Sequence record: OR545507.1
Strand: one strand, 5' to 3'
DNA: 64,000 bases
Shown: piece after piece, positions 28,336 through 38,913 of the stretch
Numbering within the stretch: the stretch's first letter is position 1
Layout of the letters: every line of letters begins with the position of its first letter
Program-made: the position numbers and the translations under genes
Notes under the pieces: generated by a model
Database searches by the model: none
What the model saw: only the letters and a program-made list of their open reading frames with translations
What the model was told of the DNA's origin: nothing

Positions 28336-28579
28336 GTGCTATATTCTCTAACCCTTTTTGAAACTTTTTATAATCTCGGTTTTTTATACTTAGAAATAAG
28401 CGTTTTTTTAAATCTTCAGCATCAGTTTGGTTAAACTCATCTTCAATGCTCTCCAATAAATGAATCACAGAGTTTATTGCGTGGTCGGCACGATTACTAA
28501 AACTCTGTAATGTATCTTTCTCTGGCGTATAGTCAACTATACTATCAAGTAGATTCTTTTTATTGGATTTACTAGACAT
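28307..28579 (-). CDS. Hypothetical protein, 90 aa
   Basis: ORF directly downstream of the helicase. Confidence 0.6.
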   Translation of the reverse strand: MSSKSNKKNLLDSIVDYTPEKDTLQSFSNRADHAINSVIHLLESIEDEFNQTDAEDLKKRLFLSIKNRDYKKFQKGLENIALDEKRNKGN

Positions 28580-28582
28580 TTA

Positions 28583-30103
28583 TCATTTCCTTTGATTTAA
28601 CCATTGCTTCATTGCATGAACACGATCAGTACCAGCATGTGTCTGTGGATTCTGTATTTCGTTTTGTGTCGTAGAGTTAGGAGCACTATCAGTATTTAGT
28701 GTTACTGTATTGTCAGGTTGCACAGATGGTGATTTAGCTGCACCAGAAAGCGAATGACGTAATGTTTGCATAGTGCTGGGTGGTAACGCCATGTTCCCTC
28801 CACCAATCTTAGAAACACCGCTGTGACGGAATCCATTACCTTCGGTTTCCATTTGTTGTACTGTAGTTGCGTGGTCAAGAACTCTCAATGAATCAATATC
28901 ATATGACATACGCAAACGGGAACCTACTGCACTACTGTTACGTGTTTTTTGGAAATCAAACCATAGTTCGCCAGTTTCTTTTTTTGCTTCAATATAAATT
29001 ACGTTATCAGCAGTATAAATTTTTGAAATACCACCAGCAATCTGACTTTGACTTTTCTTATCTTCGTCCATACCACTACGGTTAAACTGAGATGCAGTGA
29101 AAACAGTCAAATCCATTTTGGATGCAAGAGCACGTAATTCTTCTGATACAAATTTATCTTTAGTAAATGTATTGGATTTATCATTTGGTCCAAGACGATT
29201 AGAAGTTAATAGATCCAAATAGTCCACGCATACATAATCAAGTTTGATTTCCATCTTAATTTGTAATTCACGTAGATAACTTTCAATATCGTCTGTGGTT
29301 GTTACAGATTCAGGTAAGCGTTTAATACGCAACATACCACTGTTTTTACCTTCAACTTTAACAGCAAATCCAATCTTTTCAGCTTCATTTTTTACGTTAC
29401 TGAGTTTTGATTCAGTCATCATACCATAGATACGAACAGCAACCAACTCTTCAGCTAGTTCAAGTGAAATGTATGCACCATTCATTCCAGCTTTCGCAAA
29501 GTTAACTGCTAAATTTTGCAGTACTACTGATTTACCACCACCTGATGCAGCAGCAAAGATCTCTAACTCTCTACGCCCAAATCCACCGAAAAGTTTGTAA
29601 TCAAGAGTTTCCCAACCACTCTTAAATGATCCTTGCATTGTACTGAGTGAGCGGATTGTATCTTCAGGGTTTTCAAAAATATCCAAACCTAACTCATTCT
29701 GTACCGTTACCAACATTGCTTCTCGGATTAGTTCTTCGATTCCACCATATTTTTTCTGATGGACAAGTTCCATTCCTTTTTCAACGGCTAAAGCTAATGC
29801 TTTATGGCGACAAAATTCACCACAGGTATCAAGTACTGATTGTTTATGTAATTCTTGAACTTCATATTGATCGTATTGATAACCACCTTTAACTTCAATA
29901 TCTTTCAAAGTAGGTGATGAACTATATTTTGCAGCATAATCATGCACGTATTGAATACTTTCATGAAATGTTTTATCAAAATATTCTGGTTTAAGGATAT
30001 TTTTACAACGTACATATAAATCAGGATTACTGAAAATCTGAGATAATAAGTATTGTTGTGCATTAATCCCATATTGTTTCACATCCACTGTGCTTTGAAT
30101 CAT
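28583..30103 (-). CDS. gp41: Replicative DnaB-like helicase
   Basis: AAASGGGKS Walker A, ISLELAEE, VDYLDL, TASQFNR, QKTRN. Confidence 0.93.
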   Translation of the reverse strand: MIQSTVDVKQYGINAQQYLLSQIFSNPDLYVRCKNILKPEYFDKTFHESIQYVHDYAAKYSSSPTLKDIEVKGGYQYDQYEVQELHKQSVLDTCGEFCRHKALALAVEKGMELVHQKKYGGIEELIREAMLVTVQNELGLDIFENPEDTIRSLSTMQGSFKSGWETLDYKLFGGFGRRELEIFAAASGGGKSVVLQNLAVNFAKAGMNGAYISLELAEELVAVRIYGMMTESKLSNVKNEAEKIGFAVKVEGKNSGMLRIKRLPESVTTTDDIESYLRELQIKMEIKLDYVCVDYLDLLTSNRLGPNDKSNTFTKDKFVSEELRALASKMDLTVFTASQFNRSGMDEDKKSQSQIAGGISKIYTADNVIYIEAKKETGELWFDFQKTRNSSAVGSRLRMSYDIDSLRVLDHATTVQQMETEGNGFRHSGVSKIGGGNMALPPSTMQTLRHSLSGAAKSPSVQPDNTVTLNTDSAPNSTTQNEIQNPQTHAGTDRVHAMKQWLNQRK

Positions 30104-30125
30104 CTATGTTCCCTCATTATATGTA

Positions 30126-31181
30126 TTACATCCATTTATCCGTTTGAGCTTTAATATAAAATGGCTCATCTACTATACTATCATGTATTAATTGTAAACA
30201 AAATAACCTACCAAATCGTGCACAAGCTTCTTCAAAGTCTTTGATATGACGTATTGTACTACCTTCTCTTACAGCACCAAAGTCTGGGAAGGAAACACTG
30301 AATCCATTTTCAAGTGCTTGGTCTATAGTTATTAATCCATCTTTATCTCTATCTGGAACAATAACTATTTTTTTACCTTTTTGCTGTGCATCTTTTAATA
30401 CATCAATCTGTACGTTTGATAATTTAAAGTTATTAGCAGATACACCACCCATTAATGCTGCGTCTAACGGACCCTCACATACTAAAATTGTTTTTATTCG
30501 TTCATCTTTTAATAAATCATAGTTATATAGTATATTAGTACTTACTTGATTTATGAACCTGTATGTACTTCCAGGATCTTTTAATTTATGTCGTGCAGTA
30601 TAACCAATAATTTTACCATTCATGAAATATGGAATAATAAATCTGTCATACATTTTATGTTCTTTATTAGGTGACCAATATAATTCTAAGTCTAACAGAT
30701 ATGGGTTTCTTTCATTGACATTATGCAAAACACTTATAAATTCTTGTGGAATTTTATCTTCAGGTAAAGAAGCCCATTCCCAAAATGTTTTTGCATTTGA
30801 TGGCAAATCACGTACTGTTACTCGGTCATACAATTTTGATGCAACAGTTTCTTGTGCAGCAAAATCACCGCTGTCAACCATTTCTTTAATATAAAACTTA
30901 ACTAATTCTATTTCTTTATCTTGTGCACCAAAAGAAATGAGCAAAGACTCCATATCTTTGCTCATATATTTTCCTGGTTGCCAACCAGTTTTTAAACTAC
31001 AGTTAAAGCAGTTATATGAAACGGAACCATCTGCATTGAACATATGATTACCACGGTGCTTTGTATCCGGCCTTGAATGTCCTCTGAACACACAAGCTGG
31101 ACAGTTGTGTTGTGACCATGTACCAATCGCAGGTACTGGATCATTCATAATTTGTGCCATTATGTTTTGTACAGCGTTCAT
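30126..31181 (-). CDS. gp61: DNA primase (Zn finger + TOPRIM)
   Basis: CPAC...YNCFNC; IIPYF...IIGYTAR; VCEGPLDA; VPDRDKDG. Confidence 0.88.
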   Translation of the reverse strand: MNAVQNIMAQIMNDPVPAIGTWSQHNCPACVFRGHSRPDTKHRGNHMFNADGSVSYNCFNCSLKTGWQPGKYMSKDMESLLISFGAQDKEIELVKFYIKEMVDSGDFAAQETVASKLYDRVTVRDLPSNAKTFWEWASLPEDKIPQEFISVLHNVNERNPYLLDLELYWSPNKEHKMYDRFIIPYFMNGKIIGYTARHKLKDPGSTYRFINQVSTNILYNYDLLKDERIKTILVCEGPLDAALMGGVSANNFKLSNVQIDVLKDAQQKGKKIVIVPDRDKDGLITIDQALENGFSVSFPDFGAVREGSTIRHIKDFEEACARFGRLFCLQLIHDSIVDEPFYIKAQTDKWM

Positions 31182-31210
31182 AAGTTAATCCTTGTCTTTT
31201 CTTACAAATG

Positions 31211-31238
31211 ATTATAGCACACCTTCTAGTTTTGTCTC
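31211..31238 (-). promoter_or_regulatory. Phage promoter class GAGACA-N16-TATAAT
   Basis: Upstream of the primase. Confidence 0.7.
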
Positions 31239-32214
31239 ATCTACGTATCAAAATTTTAGGTACTGTTAGGAAAGGGTCATACACTTTTCGGACAGCAGCA
31301 TAGTCATATGGTACTGGAACAATTTTGGGATGAATAGCAACCACCAAACGTAACCACATATAATTTCCTTTAAAATTAAATGCTTGTATTCCGTCAAGTT
31401 CTTTTGGAAAACCTTCTGAATCAATTCCATTTTCAATATAATCCTTTCCATCTAATTTAATAATAAACCATTTATAGTTTTCATTATCATTAGGTACGTT
31501 GTTACACAAGCACCCTTGTAGCTGTATTCTACCAATAAATTTATCAAAATAGATTGCAATACTACTTAATCCATCTACTAATCCAAACTGCATTTGTGCT
31601 GGTAGTGGAGTTGATGCGAGAATATCATATTCACCAATCATACCATTTCCAATTGGTTCATGATATAAACGCTTTATAGTTGTCCATGCTGGATTTTTAT
31701 TAACTGATATTTCAGTACTGGGGACAAATACAGGTGCTGCTTGGTCTGAAATTATTAGCTCTGCTGATGCCTCAAAGTTCATCCCTGTATATAGATATTG
31801 TGTTGGTTCTATAAGTGAACCATCCATTGTTACTTTAGTAATGCTCCATCTATATTTTGAACCAGGACTGGTATCTTGAATAACTCCTGCTGGAACAATA
31901 CATCCATAATATACTTTCTTTTTATTTCCTAATGTTTGTCTTGCTTGTCCACTTTCTGATAACCAACTGGGTTCTTGTTTTTCTAATACAACATCAAATA
32001 GTTTAGTATTATTTCGTGCATCAAAAATCATAAATGTAAGATATTCATTATCTTTCAATAAAGTATATTTTCCATCAGCGTTGTGAACAGTAAAAGATAA
32101 ATTATTATTTGCCCCTCTATATATAGTTAGTTTTTCATTGCTATATGGCATATTAAAATTGCCCAATGATACTTCCTGATTATAAGGGTACATAAACACG
32201 CCGTGATGAGCCAT
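31237..32214 (-). CDS. Hypothetical late protein (probably structural)
   Basis: CATAAATA on minus at 32256-32263; start refined to MAHHGV. Confidence 0.55.
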   Translation of the reverse strand: MAHHGVFMYPYNQEVSLGNFNMPYSNEKLTIYRGANNNLSFTVHNADGKYTLLKDNEYLTFMIFDARNNTKLFDVVLEKQEPSWLSESGQARQTLGNKKKVYYGCIVPAGVIQDTSPGSKYRWSITKVTMDGSLIEPTQYLYTGMNFEASAELIISDQAAPVFVPSTEISVNKNPAWTTIKRLYHEPIGNGMIGEYDILASTPLPAQMQFGLVDGLSSIAIYFDKFIGRIQLQGCLCNNVPNDNENYKWFIIKLDGKDYIENGIDSEGFPKELDGIQAFNFKGNYMWLRLVVAIHPKIVPVPYDYAAVRKVYDPFLTVPKILIRR

Positions 32215-32226
32215 AGTTTTTCCTTC

Positions 32227-32263
32227 CATAAATAATAGGTATAAATTTATACTAATATTTATG
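32227..32263. promoter_or_regulatory. Pair of oppositely oriented late promoters (CATAAATA on each strand)
   Basis: + at 32227-32234 facing the 32272 gene; - at 32256-32263 facing the 32214 gene. Confidence 0.55.
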
Positions 32264-32271
32264 GAACTAAT

Positions 32272-32625
32272 ATGAATCAATATAACACTATTCCACCATT
32301 CATTACTGTAATCCAGTATGATGGTAAAACGTTTGTTGGTATCATCAAAATCAAAAGCAAACAGTATACAACTCTTTACTGTTTCGATGATATGGATGAT
32401 TCAATGCAAGACGAATTGTTAGGTATAGCACACGATTGGTGGTGGCAAAGTAATAGAACCATTCCAGTTTGTCTATTCTTTCAAGAAGAGATGGAGAAAT
32501 TTGAACCGTACACACAGAGATTCGATACACCGTCGGTGAATTTCGTATGTGGTCCAGTAGTTTCTTTAAGCAATTTGCCACAGAAACGCATCAAGCGTCG
32601 TAATGTGGCTCTTAAGAAGAAGTAA
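32272..32625 (+). CDS. Conserved T4-like hypothetical protein (WWWxSNR motif)
   Basis: DWWWQSNRTIPVCLF resembles a motif recalled from T4-like myophage hypotheticals. Confidence 0.65.
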   Translation: MNQYNTIPPFITVIQYDGKTFVGIIKIKSKQYTTLYCFDDMDDSMQDELLGIAHDWWWQSNRTIPVCLFFQEEMEKFEPYTQRFDTPSVNFVCGPVVSLSNLPQKRIKRRNVALKKK

Positions 32626-33250
32626 GATGTTCAACTAAAGCATTTAGTTGTACAACAATCATTAAGCTATATGCGTAAGCATGTGGCTTTTTGAAATATC
32701 GTAATTTATTTCCTGCTTGGTCAGTGCCTATAGTACTATAATCCCATATGGTAGCTTTAACTTCGTCCCATGTGTTCATACTTTGGCACTGCCTTTTTCC
32801 TGGGCGAATCATTGCAATAAACATTGCTAGTTCGTCTATAGATTTAGGCTTCCATACATTTAATAAAGTTACATGTTTTTTAATTTGCGATAGATGTTCT
32901 ACAATTTCGGGTTCTAACAATAGATCCCAATTTGGTTCCTGATTCATTAGTTCTTTTAAATGCTCTCTATCACGAACATACATGTAAGCTGACTGTGAAA
33001 GAATATCAACTTTTTGATACCCTAACCTTTCAGCTTCTTTATATTGTATACTTGCCAATCCAGTGATTGGATCAATAGGTATATTATCAAAATGAACACC
33101 ACTATTATGGGGGATTAAACCATCCTCCGTAATTTTTTCAGTACTTCGCACACATGGAAGTTTAGCGATTACGCTTTTACTATCCTTGAAGTCAATGTCA
33201 ATATCAGTTCGGGCTTTTCTATAATGTTTAGAATCGGTCGAATCCTGCAT
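32612..33250 (-). CDS. DnaE (Pol III alpha)-like catalytic fragment
   Basis: TDIDIDF (DxD), HNSGV, KVDILSQ (third Asp), MIRPG, FKKPHAYAY (cf. FNKSHSAAY). Confidence 0.88.
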   Translation of the reverse strand: MQDSTDSKHYRKARTDIDIDFKDSKSVIAKLPCVRSTEKITEDGLIPHNSGVHFDNIPIDPITGLASIQYKEAERLGYQKVDILSQSAYMYVRDREHLKELMNQEPNWDLLLEPEIVEHLSQIKKHVTLLNVWKPKSIDELAMFIAMIRPGKRQCQSMNTWDEVKATIWDYSTIGTDQAGNKLRYFKKPHAYAYSLMIVVQLNALVEHLTSS

Positions 33251-33557
33251 TTTTTATTTGCTCCTGTAACTGTTTAACTGTATTAGTCAAAGTTGATATT
33301 TGATTCTCTAATAATCTACAATTTTGTTTTGTCTTTGCCAATTCTTGACTTAAACTGAAAAAGCGTTCTTCGTGTCTTTCTACCAAAGAAATAATTTTTT
33401 CAATACGAGCAGGATCATGAACTTGAAATGTTTTACCATCTAAAGTTATTTCAGTAATAGATCCTTGTCTAAGTAGAGATATTTGTTTTGATTTTTGTTC
33501 TTTAGGTACAGGTACATACCCTTCTGGTATTTTATTATATATACTTTTTCCATTCAT
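33228..33557 (-). CDS. Hypothetical coiled-coil protein
   Basis: Heptad-like C-terminus. Confidence 0.6.
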   Translation of the reverse strand: MNGKSIYNKIPEGYVPVPKEQKSKQISLLRQGSITEITLDGKTFQVHDPARIEKIISLVERHEERFFSLSQELAKTKQNCRLLENQISTLTNTVKQLQEQIKNAGFDRF

Positions 33558-34264
33558 AATCCTGCCTCACATAGCATAATCTTAATTTCATCACAATCCT
33601 TTTTGTATTTTATAGTTTTGATTTCAAAATAACTTGGATCGATGTATTTAAGTATATATTCAATTTCTGAGTTTGATAGTTTTTTAAAAAACTTATTAGT
33701 ACTTTTTTTAGGAGCAAGCCAGATAATCCAAGGTGAAATTTTACCACTCTCAATCCATGCAATTGCACGGGCAGAACTTACATTTTCAAAGAAAGTATTC
33801 CATTGTACATTCAAATTTTCAGCCCATTCAACCAGTGAGATAACACTTCTTGCAATTGCTTCTTTTGGGTGCTCGGCACGAATTGTTTTTAATATCCATT
33901 CATCTTTTGCTTTATATGTACTCCATTCCGTGATTGGTTTGTTATTGATAATCAAGTACTTTACAAACTCGTCCACATTAATAATATCTCTATTATTCAA
34001 ATAGTATTCGGCAAAACTATAAAAATCATTAAAGTACTTTGACTTTATAAAAGCAATAAAAGGCTCTACGCCTTTTTTAAATGGGAACTTATTCAATTCC
34101 ATAAATTGCATATATATACGAAAAGCCTCCATCATCTGGCGGCTTTGGCGGTCTTCGTATCGGTCACGTTTTATACATTTATGTGTGTTTACAGTTTCTT
34201 CACGTTTAAATTCACGATCACAAAATCTACAGGTATATACTTTATTACTTGATTTCTTTGCCAT
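33554..34264 (-). CDS. Zinc-finger protein of unknown function
   Basis: YTCRFCDREFKREETVNTHKC (C2HC). Confidence 0.65.
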   Translation of the reverse strand: MAKKSSNKVYTCRFCDREFKREETVNTHKCIKRDRYEDRQSRQMMEAFRIYMQFMELNKFPFKKGVEPFIAFIKSKYFNDFYSFAEYYLNNRDIINVDEFVKYLIINNKPITEWSTYKAKDEWILKTIRAEHPKEAIARSVISLVEWAENLNVQWNTFFENVSSARAIAWIESGKISPWIIWLAPKKSTNKFFKKLSNSEIEYILKYIDPSYFEIKTIKYKKDCDEIKIMLCEAGL

Positions 34265-35090
34265 ATTTTTTACATTCTTCTTTAAACAATTTCATCATAG
34301 ATTTCTTTTCATTATCTTGAAAACCATTATTGTCAAGAAATGTCTCAAATGTTTTTTTATCATACTGCAATAGAACAATTTTGTACTCATCTTCATTCAT
34401 TTGAGTAGATATAGTATCAGGTTGTGAGCTTTTAATTAACTCAAATAATTCGTTATTTGCCTTTTTGAAATTCTTAGAAAAGTTTAACCAGTTACGTGGC
34501 ATTTCTTGTCCACCAATCATATCATGGACTGAACACATAAGCTGATATACTAATTCTGGATGTTCTTTCATATCCCAAAATCCATCATTAACCATATCAT
34601 TTAGCATAATAAGTTGGTATTTGACAACTTCAGTATCTACTAATGAAACAATTTCTGAACCTGATACGCCAAATTCGACCATTGAGGATATTAATTTTTG
34701 TGCGTCATCTTTTGATTGGACTGCAAATTTAATACGCCAATCATAATCACTATGACAGTACTTAGTTACTGATGAAACATTTGTCCCTGAAGACTTTAAT
34801 TCAGTAACTAGTTCAGTCAGTGCTTCTTTACCACCAGATTTCCATTTTCCAAATACACTTTCAACTTTACTACTAGGGTAGGTTACTTGTAACGAATCAT
34901 CTAAAGAGCTTACCCATCGCAAAACAGTATATGGAGTAAACTCTTTTCGTTCTTTTTCGGTCATGTCATTATAGTACTTATAATCAGCACGGTCAATGTG
35001 TTTTAGAAATTCAGCAATAGAAAAAGAATGCTGTGTTGGTTTTTCATCATCATCGACCGACTTATTTTTAATATCACTGAAATCAAACAC
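34245..35090 (-). CDS. Clamp loader small subunit (gp62-like) with a central insertion
   Basis: FL..ID..DY.YY...TEKERKEFTPYTVLRWVSS ... NDMVN.GFWDMKEHPELVYQL resembles recalled jumbo-phage gp62-like proteins. Confidence 0.55.
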   Translation of the reverse strand: MFDFSDIKNKSVDDDEKPTQHSFSIAEFLKHIDRADYKYYNDMTEKERKEFTPYTVLRWVSSLDDSLQVTYPSSKVESVFGKWKSGGKEALTELVTELKSSGTNVSSVTKYCHSDYDWRIKFAVQSKDDAQKLISSMVEFGVSGSEIVSLVDTEVVKYQLIMLNDMVNDGFWDMKEHPELVYQLMCSVHDMIGGQEMPRNWLNFSKNFKKANNELFELIKSSQPDTISTQMNEDEYKIVLLQYDKKTFETFLDNNGFQDNEKKSMMKLFKEECKKYGKEIK

Positions 35091-35094
35091 TATT

Positions 35095-35592
35095 TTATAC
35101 TCCTAGATACAAATCTTGAATTTTTTCGTTTTCATCTGCAAAGTACACACATGGTGGATTTTCACCACTATGTAGTGGGACGCATAGTAAATTCTTTTTA
35201 GGTAACATTGGTATCTGCCACTTTGTAGTTAATGCAAATACACGTAGTACTTTGACTGGTTCAAACTTAGGATACATTGAACGGATAGGATTGTAAACAA
35301 AAGCTTTTGGTTCTTTCATGTTAAGAATGTTTTCAATTGTACACATCTCAACCATACCAGTTTCTTCATCACCTAACATAATTTGCCATCCTAGAGGCAC
35401 TTGAATAATCTTTTCACCAATTTGAAGATCAGCACTAATACTATTAAATGATACGGTGTTTAGAATATGTCTAAAATAAAAATCAGATTCACCATTTGGG
35501 CTTAGATCCAAAACACAATACATTTCTTCAGGGATATGTTCTGTTACTAAATCCATGTCAAAAGAATTATTTTCAGGTGTTAATACGTTCAT
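35095..35592 (-). CDS. Conserved jumbo-phage hypothetical protein
   Basis: 165-aa beta-rich ORF. Confidence 0.6.
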   Translation of the reverse strand: MNVLTPENNSFDMDLVTEHIPEEMYCVLDLSPNGESDFYFRHILNTVSFNSISADLQIGEKIIQVPLGWQIMLGDEETGMVEMCTIENILNMKEPKAFVYNPIRSMYPKFEPVKVLRVFALTTKWQIPMLPKKNLLCVPLHSGENPPCVYFADENEKIQDLYLGV

Positions 35593-35601
35593 GTCATCTC
35601 C

Positions 35602-36030
35602 TTAGTACTGCGAATCTTCTTCGTCATCATAATATTCTTCATCATCTTGGTCTTCTACCCCATAAAATTCAAGTCCATAAGTTTCACACATCTCTTGAAT
35701 TTTATCTACATCAGTATCCAGATATGAATCAAAATTACCACTTAGACTTACTACATCAATAAAAGTTTTCGTGTCAGTACTTGCATAGATGATATCATAT
35801 TTCAATGATTCTACTTTAGAATCAATTCGTGTCTGTAATTCATAGATATTAATCCAAGAATCACTATCAATATTACATCTCCATACGTTAGTATCATCCG
35901 TTTCTAGCTCAGGTATATAGTCAAGAGAAGATACCATGTCATCCATAATACCATCATCGTTCAACAATACATCCATAACTTCTAAAGTTTCTTGGTCACA
36001 AATAAAAGCAATACTAGATCTCAATTCCAT
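35602..36030 (-). CDS. Hypothetical acidic protein
   Basis: Asp/Glu-rich ORF behind a GGGATA-N16-TATAAT promoter (36065-36092). Confidence 0.6.
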   Translation of the reverse strand: MELRSSIAFICDQETLEVMDVLLNDDGIMDDMVSSLDYIPELETDDTNVWRCNIDSDSWINIYELQTRIDSKVESLKYDIIYASTDTKTFIDVVSLSGNFDSYLDTDVDKIQEMCETYGLEFYGVEDQDDEEYYDDEEDSQY

Positions 36031-36085
36031 TTTATTTTACATCCTTGTTGTTGTCATATGACACATTATATCACAAACAGCGGGT

Positions 36086-37570
36086 TTATCCCGCTGTGTT
36101 TTCCCAATCTTTAACATCTATTATACTATGAGGATATTGTGCTTCCTTATAGTAAGCTAAACGTTCTCGTAAATGCTTAGCACTATACTTATTAGAACCA
36201 CTAATATCATATATTTCTACGTGGTCTTTATCTTCTGCTCGGCGTAATCCACGTCCAATTGACTGTATAGTTCTTACAAAACTTTTTCCTGGCTCAATCA
36301 ATACTACATTATATAACCTTGAAATACTAATACCAGTACTGGCAACGCCGTATGTCGCAATAAGTATTTTATTATCAGCCCAACGAATTTCACCATAAGA
36401 TGATTCTCGATCTTTCTTTTTAGTTTCTCCACGAACGAATTCTGATTTGGGAATGCCTAAAAATTCACATAGCAACTCACCTGCTTCAAGTCTATCTACT
36501 AAAACTAAAGTGTTTCCTGATTCAGATAACGCAGATATCAATGACGCTACATATGCCATCCTATCTCTGTCAGTTACTAAGTATTTCAACTCTTCAGCAT
36601 ATGATGCAAACTTCATACTACTTTTTAGTTTGATGCAATTCACATTACATGTACTTAGTATTTGTTTATCTTGTAATTCCTTTGCAGTTATTTTAAATAT
36701 AACATCACCAACATTACATTTGATTTTCGCGGCAACTACCGGATCTTTAGGAATTGTTCCAGTAAGACCCCAACGTAATGGTACGTTATTCATAACTTTA
36801 GAAAGTACTTGAACTAATGCGTCACCGCCTGCACCTTGACACTCATCAACGATAACACAAACTACTCCATCGATAAAATCATTCACGTCTTGTTCAGTTA
36901 ATTCAATTTCACCTTTCTTGGTTTTCTTCCATAGAGAGTTAAATGATTGCCAAGTCGTAATAGTATGTTGGTGACCAAAATCTTTTTGTGAACCATAGAA
37001 CATGCCAGTATCCAACCCACACATAATGTAGTCATCATATGTTTGTTGTACTAAGTCAGTACTTGGTACTATTATAACAGAACGTCCATACTCTTGCACT
37101 TTCTTTGACAATGCAGCAGTAATGAGAGTTTTACCTGCACCAGTAGCTGCCAATAGCAGTCCGTGTGGATTAGCCAAACATGCATTAACCGCATTAACTT
37201 GATGTTCACGTAGTTTTATGGATTTACCTTCCATGTGGTGTCCTGCACCGAATACAACATCACTAAAAATATCTTCATCAATGGGGTCAAATTTAAATCC
37301 ATAATCTACCCTATGATCTACTAATTCAATGTCAATCTTAGCTTCATCAAGAATAGGCAATAACTTATCTAACATATGATAATAAGTTGTTCCGCCTAAA
37401 TTCATAAACTGAACTTTACCATCCCAACGTCCAATACGTCCTGCTGGTGTGAACTTTGCATATGGTAACACATATTCAGTTGCACGAATCATCTTTTGTC
37501 TAATTGAGGGATCAAGTCCCTCAAATTTACAATTCACCTCATCCAATAAGGTTAACTTACAAGTTTTCAT
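36086..37570 (-). CDS. uvsW: UvsW-like SF2 helicase
   Basis: LREHQ, ATGAGKT, IVDECQ, GLTGT, TYGVASTGI, QSIGRGLR. Confidence 0.93.
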   Translation of the reverse strand: MKTCKLTLLDEVNCKFEGLDPSIRQKMIRATEYVLPYAKFTPAGRIGRWDGKVQFMNLGGTTYYHMLDKLLPILDEAKIDIELVDHRVDYGFKFDPIDEDIFSDVVFGAGHHMEGKSIKLREHQVNAVNACLANPHGLLLAATGAGKTLITAALSKKVQEYGRSVIIVPSTDLVQQTYDDYIMCGLDTGMFYGSQKDFGHQHTITTWQSFNSLWKKTKKGEIELTEQDVNDFIDGVVCVIVDECQGAGGDALVQVLSKVMNNVPLRWGLTGTIPKDPVVAAKIKCNVGDVIFKITAKELQDKQILSTCNVNCIKLKSSMKFASYAEELKYLVTDRDRMAYVASLISALSESGNTLVLVDRLEAGELLCEFLGIPKSEFVRGETKKKDRESSYGEIRWADNKILIATYGVASTGISISRLYNVVLIEPGKSFVRTIQSIGRGLRRAEDKDHVEIYDISGSNKYSAKHLRERLAYYKEAQYPHSIIDVKDWENTAG

Positions 37571-37585
37571 CCATGATTACCTTTA

Positions 37586-38404
37586 TTAATTAGTTCGAGT
37601 ATTATATTCGTACTCAAATGTATATACTAAATCTTTATCACAGTTAGGGTTACTTGCATCTAAAATGTCACTATTAGTAATCATCCATTCAATGTAATTC
37701 AATGGAACTGTACTCATTGGCTCACCTTTGTGTTTACCAAATGGCATGAATTGATAACGCATTGGTGTGTTGCAGAAAGTTACAATTTGCTCACCAATAT
37801 CACCATTAGGTTCGATATGTCCACGTTCGATTGCAATTTCAACTAATTTGATTAGAACCTGATAACACATAAACACATCGTCTTTTGCTGCGTGTGCATT
37901 AACAGGTCGATGAACATCACGATAACATCCAAACTTATACCACAAATAACTTAGAGTTAAGTTTTTAAATTCAATATCTTCTGCGAACATTTTCTTAGCA
38001 AGACGAAGGGTACAAATCCATTTATTTTCATCAAGTAAGTACTGTGAAATTGAGTTACGATATTTATATTCGTTATCTACCATCATTCTACGGTCAAATT
38101 GTACATTATGACCAACAAAATACTTACGGCATCCCATAAGTGCATCAATGTTATCTAAATCATCTTTATACCCAACACAATTAGCTACATCCTCAGTACT
38201 GATAAAGTGCACAGCAGATGCCTCTGGTGGAATATCTTTCAAGGGTTTGTATCTCAATGTATAGTTATCAATAGTATCAATGTTTTCATGTGAAGTATGT
38301 GGATACGAGATACTAAATTCAATAATATCATCTTCACTCTCAACCCCAGTAGTTTCAGTATCTAGAACTGCTACATTTGATAAAAACTCATTTAATTTTG
38401 TCAT
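37586..38404 (-). CDS. DEDDh 3'-5' exonuclease (exonuclease X-like)
   Basis: LDTETTG, GHNVQFD, CTLRLA, HAAKDDV; C-terminal MPFGKHKG...YIEW. Confidence 0.9.
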   Translation of the reverse strand: MTKLNEFLSNVAVLDTETTGVESEDDIIEFSISYPHTSHENIDTIDNYTLRYKPLKDIPPEASAVHFISTEDVANCVGYKDDLDNIDALMGCRKYFVGHNVQFDRRMMVDNEYKYRNSISQYLLDENKWICTLRLAKKMFAEDIEFKNLTLSYLWYKFGCYRDVHRPVNAHAAKDDVFMCYQVLIKLVEIAIERGHIEPNGDIGEQIVTFCNTPMRYQFMPFGKHKGEPMSTVPLNYIEWMITNSDILDASNPNCDKDLVYTFEYEYNTRTN

Positions 38405-38451
38405 TTTATTCTCGCATAGAAAAAGGACGCGATATGCGTCCTTAATGATAA

Positions 38452-38913
38452 TTATTCTAAACGTGCATCCTCAATACCAGCGGCACGTAGTCTCACAATA
38501 TTGTTTAACTGAAAAGCTTTCATCTCTAAGGATTTAACAATACTTGAATATGTATTTCTTATATAAGATACCTCGTTTATAAGTTCTGCTAACTCACAAA
38601 CATCTTTATCACCTTCAACATACTTTTTACAGTCAGATGAAGATAGTGCACGGCGGTATCCTTCGAGAAAGTATTTGAACTTCTCGGCTTGTACCTGACG
38701 CATTTCAATTTCTAACATTTCCAATACTGCTTCAAGTTCTTGAAGCTGGCTTAGACGCGTCTCATGCCAGCCAGGAATCTCTTGAGCAATTTTTTCAATG
38801 ATGCCAATCTTCTTTACTTCACGACGAGCTTCTTCAACTTCGTTGTTAAAGAACTCAATCATTTCAATAATTTTAGATTTATCATCTTTGATAATCCAAT
38901 GCCAAGGTTTCAT
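38452..38913 (-). CDS. uvsY: UvsY-like recombination mediator
   Basis: Helical; adjacent to uvsX and uvsW; KYVEGD..V, K.FQLNNIVRLR.AG.ED. Confidence 0.8.
   Translation of the reverse strand: MKPWHWIIKDDKSKIIEMIEFFNNEVEEARREVKKIGIIEKIAQEIPGWHETRLSQLQELEAVLEMLEIEMRQVQAEKFKYFLEGYRRALSSSDCKKYVEGDKDVCELAELINEVSYIRNTYSSIVKSLEMKAFQLNNIVRLRAAGIEDARLE

Noticed and set aside
35095-35592. Possible stand-alone Hint domain
   Set aside because: Beta-rich, but no N-terminal Cys/Ser or TxxH motif; cannot be supported without a structure search.
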